In this document: piece by piece, positions 37,212 through 46,693 of the stretch
Numbering within the stretch: the first letter of the stretch is position 1
Layout of the letters: each line of letters opens with the position of its first letter
Source: Candidatus Krumholzibacteriota bacterium
Lineage (GTDB): Bacteria > Krumholzibacteriota > Krumholzibacteriia > JAJRXK01
DNA: 64,000 nt
Assembly (NCBI GenBank): GCA_963764625.1
Contig: CAVXTH010000006.1
Span: forward strand, 32,001-96,000
Reading direction: 5' to 3'
The notes under the pieces: generated by a model
Database searches by the model: none
What the model saw: only the letters and a program-made list of their open reading frames with translations
What the model was told of the DNA's origin: nothing
Translations under genes and position numbers: made by a program

Positions 37212-38036
37212 GTGGGATCCATCGTGGTCGTCATGCCGTTTTGGGGAATGGTCCCCGTGTATGGCCTCGCGTTCCTTTTGTACGCGTGGGCTTTCGCGAA
37301 GAATGACGTCGGCATCTATCGATGGGGCCGCATCGTTCTGGTGCTGGCCGGATTCGCTCACTTGCTCACCCTCTTGAACTTCGGGAGAGTTCGCGGAGAG
37401 TGGCCGCCGGTCAGCGGAGGAGAGAGCATGGTGATTCTCGCCAACTCCATCTCCTTCATCTACATGTACCTGGAGTTTCGTTCGCGCGCGCACGGATTGG
37501 GGATTTTCGCGACCTTCATCATCCTGGCCTTTCAGGTGGTGGGAAGCATCATCGGTCCCGCGCTCGAGGTTCCGGAGATCCTGCGTGGAGTGGGCTTCGG
37601 ACCGCACGTGGCGTTCAACATCACCGCGTTCGCTTCCTTCACCATCGCCGCCGCCACCGCTCTGACCTACGTGCTGCAGTACCGGCAACTGCGCAGCCTG
37701 CGTCCCGGGCCGCTGCTCTCGCGTCTGCCTTCTCTCGAGCAGCTCGATCACATGAGCCACCGTTCCACTCTCTTGGGATGGGTCTTTCTCAGCATGGGTT
37801 TGGTTCTGGGAGCCAAACTGGCCGAGCAGGTGTGGGGGAAGGCGTGGCAGTGGGATCCCAAGCAATGCACGACCTTGCTCACCTGGATGATCTTCGGATT
37901 CGCGCTCTTCTTGCGCCGCTTCCGCGCCTGGCAGGGGGGGAAGATGGCGACGGTGACCATCATCGGCTTTCTGTCCATCATTCTCGCGTTCGTTCTCTTC
38001 AACGGGCTGATGCCGTCAGTGCATCACTTCAGCTAG
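37212..38036 (+). CDS. ccsA: Cytochrome c assembly protein, CcsA/HemX family
   Basis: Multi-TM; RLPSLEQLD, WGKAWQWDPK, C-terminal His; precedes hemA. Confidence 0.85.
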   Translation: MGSIVVVMPFWGMVPVYGLAFLLYAWAFAKNDVGIYRWGRIVLVLAGFAHLLTLLNFGRVRGEWPPVSGGESMVILANSISFIYMYLEFRSRAHGLGIFATFIILAFQVVGSIIGPALEVPEILRGVGFGPHVAFNITAFASFTIAAATALTYVLQYRQLRSLRPGPLLSRLPSLEQLDHMSHRSTLLGWVFLSMGLVLGAKLAEQVWGKAWQWDPKQCTTLLTWMIFGFALFLRRFRAWQGGKMATVTIIGFLSIILAFVLFNGLMPSVHHFS

Positions 38037-38044
38037 GAGGAGCC

Positions 38045-39313
38045 TTGCCGATCCTCCTCCTGGGACAGAACCATCGCACCGCTCCGGTCGAGCTTCGCGA
38101 ACAGCTCGCTTTCGACGACGAGAAAGTGCGTTCGCTGGCGACCCATCTGAAGGAGGACGAGGGGATCCGGGAAGCGGTCGTGGTGTCCACCTGCAACCGG
38201 ATGGAGATCTACGCGGTGGGAGACGATTCCGAGCGCGGCTTCGCCCGACTCGGCGAACTCTTGCAGCAGGTGCATGGAATACCTCTCGATCGGATCGATG
38301 GCTCCCTCTACCGCGCGACGGATGACGCCGCGGTGCGCCATCTCTTTCGGGTGGCGAGCGGGCTCGACAGCATGGTGTTGGGTGAAGGACAGATCCTCTC
38401 CCAGGTGAAGGCGGGGTACGCGGGTTCGCGAGACCTGGGGCTGAGCCGGGAGATCATGCACCGCACTTTCAATCAGGCCACCGCGTGCGGCAAGAAAGTG
38501 CGCACCGAAACCCGCATCGGAGAAGGCGCGGTCTCCGTCGCGTTTGCCGCGGTCGAACTGGCGAAGAAGATCTTTCAGGACCTCACCAAGGAAAAGGTCT
38601 TGCTGATCGGAGCCGGAGCCACCGGCCGCAAAGTGGCTCACCACATGAAGGTCTTCGGGGTGGAAGACGTGCTGGTGACCAACCGTACTCTCGAAAGAGG
38701 ACGGGCTCTCGCGGACGACCTGGGAGCTACTCTCGTTCCCTGGGAAAGTTTCGGCGCGTACCTGAGTGAGGTGGCCATCGTGGTGACCGCCGCGTCGGTG
38801 CAGAGGCCTCTCTTCACCCTGGAAACCGCGCAGCGGGCCCTGGAGGGACGCGGACGCCGTCCCCTGTTTCTCATCGATCTGGGGGTTCCCCGGAACATCG
38901 ACCCATCCATCAGCAAGAAGGCCGGGATCTTCCTTTACAATGTCGACGATCTCGAGAGCATCGTGGCGGAGTCGTCGGCGCGACGGCGCGGCGAGGCGGA
39001 GAAGGCCGAGGAGATCGTCGATGAACAGCTCTGCCTCTTCCTCGAATGGCTGGCTTCGCGTTCGATGACCCCGACACTGAAGCAGCTGCGCGAACGTCTG
39101 GAAGAAATTCGCGCCGCAGAAGTGGCCTTGGCGCGCAACCGGGTCGACGAGAAAGCGTTTACGGAGTTGGATCGGGTAAGCCATCGCATCGTGAACAAGA
39201 TTCTCCACACCCCGACCGTTCGCATGAAGGATGAAGTCGCCAAGGGCGAGGGGGCATCCATCATTCAGCACGTGCGGCACCTCTTCGGTCTGGACGACAA
39301 GTTTCTGCACTGA
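38045..39313 (+). CDS. hemA: Glutamyl-tRNA reductase
   Basis: HRTAPVELRE, STCNRME, SGLDSMVLGEGQILSQVK, DLGVPRNI; TTG start after GGAGG. Confidence 0.96.
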   Translation: MPILLLGQNHRTAPVELREQLAFDDEKVRSLATHLKEDEGIREAVVVSTCNRMEIYAVGDDSERGFARLGELLQQVHGIPLDRIDGSLYRATDDAAVRHLFRVASGLDSMVLGEGQILSQVKAGYAGSRDLGLSREIMHRTFNQATACGKKVRTETRIGEGAVSVAFAAVELAKKIFQDLTKEKVLLIGAGATGRKVAHHMKVFGVEDVLVTNRTLERGRALADDLGATLVPWESFGAYLSEVAIVVTAASVQRPLFTLETAQRALEGRGRRPLFLIDLGVPRNIDPSISKKAGIFLYNVDDLESIVAESSARRRGEAEKAEEIVDEQLCLFLEWLASRSMTPTLKQLRERLEEIRAAEVALARNRVDEKAFTELDRVSHRIVNKILHTPTVRMKDEVAKGEGASIIQHVRHLFGLDDKFLH

Positions 39314-39353
39314 ACGCGGCAGATCTCTGTTTCCGTCTTCGGGGAATGAGTCC

Positions 39354-40142
39354 ATGAGCGAGAGACTTTCCGGAATTCGTCTCTGGGTGACGCGTCCCGA
39401 GCCGGCCGCGCGGCGAAGCGCCCGAAGGTTCGAGGCGGAAGGAGCCTCTTGCTGGCTCGAGGCGACCGTCTCTCTACAAGCGGCAAGCCTACCGGCTCGG
39501 GATCGCGCGCAACTACGCGCCTTTCTTCCCGGATCGAGACTGCTCCTGAGCTCGGCCAATGCCGCGCGCTTCCTGGCGGACGCGGTCGCGTCGGACCGCG
39601 AGCTGCGGCAAGCGCTTCTTCAGCTTCCCGTGTCGGCGGTGGGGGAGAGTACGGCCCGACAGGCCCACTCTCTGGGGTGGCGCGTCGATCACGTGGCGTC
39701 GATTTCACTGGGAGTGGAATTCGCGCGTGAGCTCATGGACCGCGGAGCCATCCTGCGCGTGGTGCTTCCCGGTAGTGACCGGCGCCGCCCCGAGATCGAG
39801 ACCTTGCTGCGCGAGAACGGAGTCGAGGTGTTGCCCCTGTGCGTGTACCGCACGATTCCGGTGCGTTCGCTCTCCGCGGATCTCACCGAGGCTCTGACGG
39901 CCGGACAGTTCGATGCGAGCCTGGTGTATTCGCCGTCGGCCGTGCTGGGAATGCTCGCCGGCGCGCGCGCGCGCAAGCTGGATGCGGCGTGTCTTCCTCC
40001 ATGTCTGGCGCTGGGGCGAACCACCGGGGGAGAAGTCAAGGCGCAGGGTCTGCGACTGGCGGCCGCGCCCCGCGACCCCGGAGAAGATGCCCTGCTGGAG
40101 GCGGTGGTGGAGTGGTGGTCCAAGAGACGAGCGAACCCGTGA
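39354..40142 (+). CDS. hemD: Uroporphyrinogen-III synthase
   Basis: VTRP, SSANAA, VGESTA, VYRT, YSPSAV, LGRTT. Confidence 0.88.
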   Translation: MSERLSGIRLWVTRPEPAARRSARRFEAEGASCWLEATVSLQAASLPARDRAQLRAFLPGSRLLLSSANAARFLADAVASDRELRQALLQLPVSAVGESTARQAHSLGWRVDHVASISLGVEFARELMDRGAILRVVLPGSDRRRPEIETLLRENGVEVLPLCVYRTIPVRSLSADLTEALTAGQFDASLVYSPSAVLGMLAGARARKLDAACLPPCLALGRTTGGEVKAQGLRLAAAPRDPGEDALLEAVVEWWSKRRANP

Positions 40143-41785
40143 GGGGTGGTCTCGGCAGCCGGCGATCGTTCTGGCTGGGTTGGGGCGCGGTGGCCCTGGC
40201 CGGTTTGAGTCTTTTCTTGATGCGGGCCCTCCTCAGCTCGACTCCTCTGAGCCTCCCCCTGGACGACGCGTACATCCACAGCGCCTTCGCCGCGCACCTG
40301 GCCCACGACCACGTCTGGGGACTCTTCGCCAAACTCAGCAGCGGTGGAGAGAGCTCTCCGCTTTGGCCCTGGCTTCTGGCGCCGGCCGAGCTGGGCCGCG
40401 TCCATGGTGCCCCGCGCCTGGCCCTGATCCTGGGCGCTCTTTCGTTTCTGGCGTTGCCGGGTTTGTGCTTCGGCCTGAGCGCGACGCGTACCCGCGGGCG
40501 TTGGCTCGCTTTGACCACCGCTCTCTGCGGGCCCCTTCTCTTTCTGGCGTTCTCGGGAATGGAATCTCTGCCCGCGCTGTGCTTGGGACTCGCCGCCCTC
40601 CATCGTCACCAACGCGGTGATGTTCGCGGAGCAGGACTGCTTGCCGCTGCCGCGGTCTTCCTGCGACCCGACGCCATTCTGCTTCTGGGCGCTCTCGCTC
40701 TCGCACACTTGGGGGCGAGCCCGGCCGTGGCGCAGAGCGAGGGATCGCCTTGGGTTCGCGCGCGAAGCCGCCGCTTGCTCGTCTTGGCACCGGGAGGACT
40801 CCTCTCGGTCGGGGCGTTTCTTCTGCTCTTCGCGCTCCAGGGCTTTCACGCGCCGACCACGCTGATCGGCCGGCGCTGGTTGATGGGAATTCCGGCCGAG
40901 CTGAACTGGAACACGCTTGGAGCGGGTGCCCCGCGTCTACTCGGAGATTGGTTGCACGCATTCGGGGCGGACTTTGGTCTGGGACGCGTGGTATTTGAGC
41001 ATCCGCACTCGCTCCTTTCGTTTCTCTTCTTGCTCTGGAAAGTCGCATTCGGCTTGAGCCTTCTGGCGGGTCTCTACGCGTGGGGTCGGCGGTGGAGAGA
41101 AGAACGCGGCGGCGCCGTGAGCGTGCTTCTGAGCTGGACGCTCTTGTCACTCGGGTTCTACGCCCTGGTTCTTCCCACCCGCGGGCACCTTGGCCGCTAT
41201 CAGCCTCAAGTCTACGTACTGCTCTTCTTCTTTGCGATCGAAGGGATCGCCGCGCTGCGGCGCGTACCGAAGACCGGCCGCGTGGCCGCGCTGGGGGCCG
41301 GTGTGCTCTTGCTCGCGGGACTGGGCGCCAGTACGGTGGAGCAGGGTGGGCTGTGGTGCTCAGCCATGCGCCATCTGCAATCGGTTCACGTGCGAGCCGC
41401 CACGGAGGTGAGCGCCATGCTCCCTTCTTCTTCGCACCTCGCGGTCTTCGACGTGGGTGCGGTCGCGTACCGAAGCGAGGCGTCGATGATCGATCTGAGC
41501 GGACTCTCCGATCCCCAGATCGCCCACGCTCTCCCCGATGCCCAAAGCGGCTCCATCGTGCGGATCCTGAAAGAGCGGGGGGCGACGCATCTGCTCTTGC
41601 CGGTGCTGAACGACGGCGCGCCCGACGGGCTGGATCGACGCCTGGGCCTGTGTGAGAACCACAGTCTCGAGCTCGTCGAGCTTCGGCGCTGGGCCAGCCC
41701 GATCGCGTCCTGGGGACCGGCCTTCGCCTACACCGGAAACGCGTTTCGGCAGCTCGTCCTCTACGAAATCAGCTGGGAGAGCTGA
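40139..41785 (+). CDS. Multi-TM GT-C-like glycosyltransferase
   Basis: LDDAYIH..GESSPLWPWLLA, SGMES, LRPDA, GRY, DVGAVAY, DLSGLSD. Confidence 0.7.
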   Translation: MRGGLGSRRSFWLGWGAVALAGLSLFLMRALLSSTPLSLPLDDAYIHSAFAAHLAHDHVWGLFAKLSSGGESSPLWPWLLAPAELGRVHGAPRLALILGALSFLALPGLCFGLSATRTRGRWLALTTALCGPLLFLAFSGMESLPALCLGLAALHRHQRGDVRGAGLLAAAAVFLRPDAILLLGALALAHLGASPAVAQSEGSPWVRARSRRLLVLAPGGLLSVGAFLLLFALQGFHAPTTLIGRRWLMGIPAELNWNTLGAGAPRLLGDWLHAFGADFGLGRVVFEHPHSLLSFLFLLWKVAFGLSLLAGLYAWGRRWREERGGAVSVLLSWTLLSLGFYALVLPTRGHLGRYQPQVYVLLFFFAIEGIAALRRVPKTGRVAALGAGVLLLAGLGASTVEQGGLWCSAMRHLQSVHVRAATEVSAMLPSSSHLAVFDVGAVAYRSEASMIDLSGLSDPQIAHALPDAQSGSIVRILKERGATHLLLPVLNDGAPDGLDRRLGLCENHSLELVELRRWASPIASWGPAFAYTGNAFRQLVLYEISWES

Positions 41786-41805
41786 GTTCGGGTCCCCGGG
41801 CGCGT

Positions 41806-41833
41806 TGGACAGCTTTGCTTCCCCCCGTATACT
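41806..41833 (+). promoter_or_regulatory. Promoter implying a leaderless queE transcript
   Basis: TGGACA-N16-TATACT ending 7 nt before ATG; no Shine-Dalgarno. Confidence 0.55.
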
Positions 41834-41840
41834 TTCCTCC

Positions 41841-42479
41841 ATGCGCATCAGCGAGATCTTCTACAGCATCCAGGGGGAAGGGAGCCGCCGCGGCCGCCCG
41901 TGTGCCTTCGTGCGTCTGACCGGCTGTCCGCTACGATGCCGCTGGTGCGACACCAGCTATGCCTTCGCGGGGGGCGACGAGCTTTCGATCGAGGAAATTC
42001 TCGGGGAGCTCGCGGCCTATCCCACCCGCCTGGTCTGCGTGACCGGGGGAGAACCCCTCGCGCAGGCGGAGGTCCACCCGCTCATGCGAAGTCTGTCGGA
42101 TGCCGGCTACACCGTCCTGTTGGAGACGAGCGGCGCGCTCGACCTCAGCGAAGTCGATCCCCGTGTGATCCGGATCATGGATTTGAAAGCGCCGGGTAGC
42201 GGAGAGGTGGAACGAAACCACTGGGCCAATCTGAACGAACTTGGTGAACAAGACGAGATCAAATTCGTTCTCGCCGACCGTCGTGACTACGAGTGGGCCC
42301 TTGAGATCATCGAGGGTCATCGACTCGACACGAAAGCTCCGGCCCTGCTCTTCAGCCCGGTGCACGGAGTCCTGGATCCCGCCCGGCTCGCGGCCTGGAT
42401 TCTGGAGGATGGGCTTGAAGTGATTCTGCAGGTGCAGCTGCACAAGCTTCTGTGGCCGAGTGTCACGAGGGGGGTTTGA
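41841..42479 (+). CDS. queE: 7-carboxy-7-deazaguanine synthase
   Basis: EIFYSIQGEG, RLTGCPLRCRWCDT, TGGEP, QLHK. Confidence 0.95.
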   Translation: MRISEIFYSIQGEGSRRGRPCAFVRLTGCPLRCRWCDTSYAFAGGDELSIEEILGELAAYPTRLVCVTGGEPLAQAEVHPLMRSLSDAGYTVLLETSGALDLSEVDPRVIRIMDLKAPGSGEVERNHWANLNELGEQDEIKFVLADRRDYEWALEIIEGHRLDTKAPALLFSPVHGVLDPARLAAWILEDGLEVILQVQLHKLLWPSVTRGV

Positions 42480-42481
42480 TC

Positions 42482-43171
42482 GTGTCCCGCGCCGTAGTCT
42501 GTCTCAGTGGAGGCCTCGATTCGTGCGTTACTCTGGCCACCGCGCTGAGGGAGCACGACGAGATCGCGGCCCTGCATTTCAGTTACGGCCAGCGCACTCA
42601 GGAGCGCGAGCATCGAGCTTTCGAGGAGATCTGTCAGCATTATAGAGTTCAGCGGCGCCTGCGCGCGAAGCAGCCGGCCCTGGCCCAGATCGGAGGCTCC
42701 GCGCTGACCGACCGCACCCTGGAGATTCCCGGCGACGCGCCGGAATCCGCGCCAGCTCCCAAGGAAGACGAAGTGCCCATCACCTACGTTCCCTTCCGCA
42801 ACGGTCAGATTCTCGCGCTGGCCAGCGCCTGGGCCGAGACCCTGGGGGCCCGGGCGGTGTATCTGGGAGCAGTGGAAGAGGATTCCTCGGGGTATCCGGA
42901 CTGCCGCGAGGCGTTCTTCACCGCCTTCGCGAGCGCGGTCGAGGCCGGAACGCGCCCCGGCACCCACATCCAGATCGCTACCCCCTTGCTGCACTTGCGC
43001 AAAGGCGAGATCGTCAAGCGGGGTCTGCAGCTGGGGGCGCCGCTGCACTTGAGCTGGTCCTGCTATTCCAATTCGCGAAAGGCCTGTGGCCGCTGCGAGA
43101 GCTGCCGCCTGCGACTCAAGGGCTTCGCCGAGGCGGATGCCGTCGATCCTATCCCGTACGAGACGCGCTAG
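42482..43171 (+). CDS. queC: 7-cyano-7-deazaguanine synthase
   Basis: SGGLDS, YGQR, TYVPFRN, GYPDCR, WSCY..CGRCESC. Confidence 0.96.
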   Translation: MSRAVVCLSGGLDSCVTLATALREHDEIAALHFSYGQRTQEREHRAFEEICQHYRVQRRLRAKQPALAQIGGSALTDRTLEIPGDAPESAPAPKEDEVPITYVPFRNGQILALASAWAETLGARAVYLGAVEEDSSGYPDCREAFFTAFASAVEAGTRPGTHIQIATPLLHLRKGEIVKRGLQLGAPLHLSWSCYSNSRKACGRCESCRLRLKGFAEADAVDPIPYETR

Positions 43172-44066
43172 GTGGATTTACTTCGTACTTGGAGAAGTCG
43201 TGATTGGCGTAGGCGTCGCAGCGTGAGCAGAGCAGAAGCAGCTCGCGCCGGCCGTCGTTGAGGAGTTCTCGCACCGCGTCGTATTGCGGGGATTTCCAGA
43301 TCTCCATGACCGAATGGGTGGTGACGTCGCCGATCACTCCTCTCTCGGACGGATCCCAACAACAGAGGGTGGCCTGCCCGTCGCTGTAGAAGTACATGGC
43401 ATCGGTCATCTTCCAACAGGGTTTGCGGACGCAGCTCTCTTGGCCTTGCCACGGCCATTGATAGAGTTCGGTGATGAGGACCTCCGAACAGAGAGGCTCC
43501 CAGTAGGCGCGGAATGCGGCGTGCTCGTGGCGATTCTCCGGCATGTCGATCATGCGCACTTCGGTTCGGCAACTGTCTTCGTATCCGCCCTCGCGCCAGA
43601 TCTGAAGGAAGCGGGTCGTGCGCTCCTTCACTCGCTCGTAGTCCAGTCCCACGCGACTCGGGGCGTAGACCTCGGGGCTGAACCCATCGATCGAGAAGCG
43701 CATGACGTCGACACCGAGATCTAGGATTTCCCGGTCGAGTTCGTCGTTCAGCAGGCTGGCGTTGGTGTTGAATTCGATCTTCGCCGTGGGGTCCTTGCGG
43801 ATGTAGCGCATGATCTCGGGCATGCGTTTGTCGACGAAGGGTTCGTTGATGAGGAAGGGCCGGTACACCATTCCCATTCCCCGTGTCTCGTCGATGATCT
43901 TCTTCCAGACCCAATCGTGCATCTTGGCTGGCTCGCGCTGCACTTCGTGTTGGGGACAGAACGGACACTTGGCGTTGCAGACGATCACCGTCTCCATTTG
44001 GATGAAGCGCGGCGCCTCGGCGTAGGGCATGCGCCAGCGGGTGGAAGATTGGGTCTTTGGGGTCAT
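43149..44066 (-). CDS. Radical SAM protein with SPASM/Twitch domain
   Basis: CNAKCPFC; NEPF; C-terminal PC..LCCWD..IGDV..EIW..CSRC. Confidence 0.9.
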   Translation of the reverse strand: MTPKTQSSTRWRMPYAEAPRFIQMETVIVCNAKCPFCPQHEVQREPAKMHDWVWKKIIDETRGMGMVYRPFLINEPFVDKRMPEIMRYIRKDPTAKIEFNTNASLLNDELDREILDLGVDVMRFSIDGFSPEVYAPSRVGLDYERVKERTTRFLQIWREGGYEDSCRTEVRMIDMPENRHEHAAFRAYWEPLCSEVLITELYQWPWQGQESCVRKPCWKMTDAMYFYSDGQATLCCWDPSERGVIGDVTTHSVMEIWKSPQYDAVRELLNDGRRELLLLCSRCDAYANHDFSKYEVNPPSASRTG

Positions 44067-44201
44067 CGCCCTTGCCTCGCTCCTGACGATCGTGAAGGAA
44101 ATTGGGTTCCAGCGGAGGAATGGTCCAAAGCGCAGGATCCATTCAAGAGCACGGAGGGCGCGAGCGCAAGGACCACGACCAATTTTCTCGAGGGGCTTGT
44201 G

Positions 44202-45581
44202 TCAAGCGCCGGGCGTAAATTCGCGAAACACTGCCTCACGAAGCAGGGCCACGCTGGCTTCGGTCGCGCCGCTCTGGGCCAGCACGAAATCGCGCGCGCT
44301 TTCTCCCGCGCGGATTCTGGCCTCTTCGTCGCCCAGCAACTGGTTCAGAACCCGCTGCGCGTCCCGGGGTGTCTTCAACACGTGGCCGGCGCCACGCTCC
44401 ACCAGGCGCTCCGCTTCGTAGGCATTGTGGATACGCGGGCCGAAGAGAACCGGCTGACCACACACCGCGGGCTCGAGCACGTTGTGCACTCCGGTGGAGA
44501 AACTCCCTCCCACGTAGGAGAGAATGGTCGAACGGTAGATGTCGGCCAGGACTCCGACCGCGTCCACCACGATACACCGCCAACGCTTTGGGTCGCGGGC
44601 TGCGGTGGTGGAGCGGCGCTGGTGGCTGCTCAGCTCGATGAGCTGGCTCAAGCGGCTGGGATTCAAGTTGGCCGCAAGTACCGCGCTCTCCAATTGTTCG
44701 AGGTGCTCGGGGGTCGGTTCGTGGGGGACGAGGATGGCTCCCAAACTCTCGTCTCTTTGCAGTTGCTCCAGAACCGGGGAGAGGATGCAGGGAAGGTCGG
44801 CCGGCCAGACGCTTCCCAAGGCCAGGTAACGGTACTCGCTCGCCGCGAGGAGCTTGGAAAGAGGTCCTCCTTCCGATTGGCGATAGCGGTGCACCACCTG
44901 ATCGGTGCGGGTGTCGCCCGTGACCTGAATCGGCGCTGTCGTCTTCAACTGTCGGCTGAATCGGTCTGCGTCGTCCTGGCTGATGGCTCCAATCGCATCG
45001 AAGCAATCGAATAGGCGGCCGTAGAATCTCCTCGCCACGGTTCCCAGTCGATAGCTCTTGCGGTGCAGGGTGGCGTCCAGGAGAAAGAGGGGAACGCCAC
45101 GGCGTCGTGCCGCCCAGATCAGGTTGGGCCAGCAGTCGAATTTCACGAAGATCAGCGCGCGAGGGCGAAGGATGTCCACGATCCGCCAGGCGGCGAGCCA
45201 GTTGTCCAGGGGCAGGTATTCGAGCTGGTCGAAGTCCTCGTGCCCCAGCGCAAAATTGTAGCCTGAAGGTGAGAACACGCTGACGAACACCGGAATGTCC
45301 CGACCACGCTCTCGGGCCTCTTCCCTCAGCGCCCGCAAGATGGGACGGGCCTGCTCGTATTCTCCCACGCTGCTCGCGTGGAACCACACCGCGCCGCGCA
45401 AGCGGGCCTTGACCGCTTCCAGACGCCGCCACAGACCCCGACGCCCGCGCTCGCCCTCACGCGCTTTCTCGTTCGAGAAACGCGAAAGGTGGAATCCGGC
45501 GGTGATGACCGGGGCCGCGATGGCGTTGTACAGGCAAAACCATCCGGGAGAGATTCCCTTCGGTGCTGGGTCAGTTTTCAT
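44202..45581 (-). CDS. waaA: 3-deoxy-D-manno-octulosonate (Kdo) transferase
   Basis: WFHASSVGE, LPLD, WPNL, TGDTR, LVPHEP, VGGSF..HNVLEPA. Confidence 0.92.
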   Translation of the reverse strand: MKTDPAPKGISPGWFCLYNAIAAPVITAGFHLSRFSNEKAREGERGRRGLWRRLEAVKARLRGAVWFHASSVGEYEQARPILRALREEARERGRDIPVFVSVFSPSGYNFALGHEDFDQLEYLPLDNWLAAWRIVDILRPRALIFVKFDCWPNLIWAARRRGVPLFLLDATLHRKSYRLGTVARRFYGRLFDCFDAIGAISQDDADRFSRQLKTTAPIQVTGDTRTDQVVHRYRQSEGGPLSKLLAASEYRYLALGSVWPADLPCILSPVLEQLQRDESLGAILVPHEPTPEHLEQLESAVLAANLNPSRLSQLIELSSHQRRSTTAARDPKRWRCIVVDAVGVLADIYRSTILSYVGGSFSTGVHNVLEPAVCGQPVLFGPRIHNAYEAERLVERGAGHVLKTPRDAQRVLNQLLGDEEARIRAGESARDFVLAQSGATEASVALLREAVFREFTPGA

Positions 45582-46570
45582 GTCCAGTTCTCCTCCAACA
45601 CCTTGATCACGCGCTCGGCGCTGCTGTTCAACAGGCAAAGCTGTTCCACCAGGTGACAGGGACGAGCGCCGTTGCGCGAGCACGGCCGGCAGGGGAGCTC
45701 GTTCTGCACCACTCTGCTGCGAGGATCTAGGGGGAAGTATCCCAGCTCGTGGCTGGTGGGACCAAAGATGGCCAACACCGGGGTTCCCGCCGCTTCGCTC
45801 AGGTGCATGAGGCCACTGTCGTTGCACAGGAGCACTCGACAACGCGCGAGAAGCGCGGCGAGTCCCCGCAGCTCGAGCTCCCCTGCGCTGAGGTAGGGTT
45901 TGCGCGGCAGCTCAGAGCCTAGCCTTTCGCAGAGTTCACGTTCGTCGTGGCTGCCGACGAGTGCCACTTCCCCCCCGTGCACGCGTTGCCAATGCGCCGC
46001 CACTTCGGTGAAGCGCTCCAGAGGCCACTGCTTCGTCGCGTGTCGCGAACCAGGAGCCACGGCCAGGATGGGAGCGTTTCCTTCGTTTACGATCGTGGCC
46101 GCGGCGGCACGGTCCTTCTCTCGAATCTGCAAGCGAGGGCGCACGCTCTGGCCTTCGGCTCCCGCCAGCGCGAGGTAGCGGTCGACCTGGTGGCGGCCCA
46201 GAGGGGCGGTGACGATGCCCGTCTTGAGGAACAACAAGCGCGAGGCGGTGTCCTTGGCGATGCGCTTCACCCTGGTGCCCATCAGGGCGAGACAGAGAAG
46301 CCGGCTGCGCAGGCTCCCGTGGGCATCGAGGATGAGATCGAACTTCTCCGCCCGGAGCTGGCGCGCGAGCTGACGCAGCCCACCGGACTCGGGGCTCAGG
46401 CAGAGCAGACGATCGATCCGCGCGTCGTCCTCGAAGAGTGGCGCGTACGCAGACTTGGTCACCAGCCAGAGTTCGGCCTCGGGCCGACGGGCACGCAGCT
46501 CCTCCACGAGGGCGCCGAGCAGCACCACATCGCCCAGAGAGCTGAAGCGGAGAATGAGGATTCGTTGCAT
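45578..46570 (-). CDS. GT9 LPS heptosyltransferase
   Basis: RFSSLGDVVL, KQWP, NDSGLMH, IFGPT, CRPC. Confidence 0.92.
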   Translation of the reverse strand: MQRILILRFSSLGDVVLLGALVEELRARRPEAELWLVTKSAYAPLFEDDARIDRLLCLSPESGGLRQLARQLRAEKFDLILDAHGSLRSRLLCLALMGTRVKRIAKDTASRLLFLKTGIVTAPLGRHQVDRYLALAGAEGQSVRPRLQIREKDRAAAATIVNEGNAPILAVAPGSRHATKQWPLERFTEVAAHWQRVHGGEVALVGSHDERELCERLGSELPRKPYLSAGELELRGLAALLARCRVLLCNDSGLMHLSEAAGTPVLAIFGPTSHELGYFPLDPRSRVVQNELPCRPCSRNGARPCHLVEQLCLLNSSAERVIKVLEENWT

Positions 46571-46693
46571 CGTAGGGTTTCGGGGTGATCTCGCCGCGAT
46601 TCGGGCAGGGTAGGCAGTACCCGCGCGAGTGTCAACGTAACGCCTGCCTCCGCATGCCGTGCCTGGTGCTTGTAGAGCACGCGTGGTCCGTCT

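Noticed and set aside
41841-43171. queE-queC as a 7-deazaguanine DNA-modification or QatABCD defence system
   Set aside because: Canonical tRNA-pathway sequences; no dpdA, TatD or ATPase neighbours
43149-44066. Radical SAM as maturase of the 181-303 peptide
   Set aside because: 43 kb away and lacks an RRE/PqqD domain
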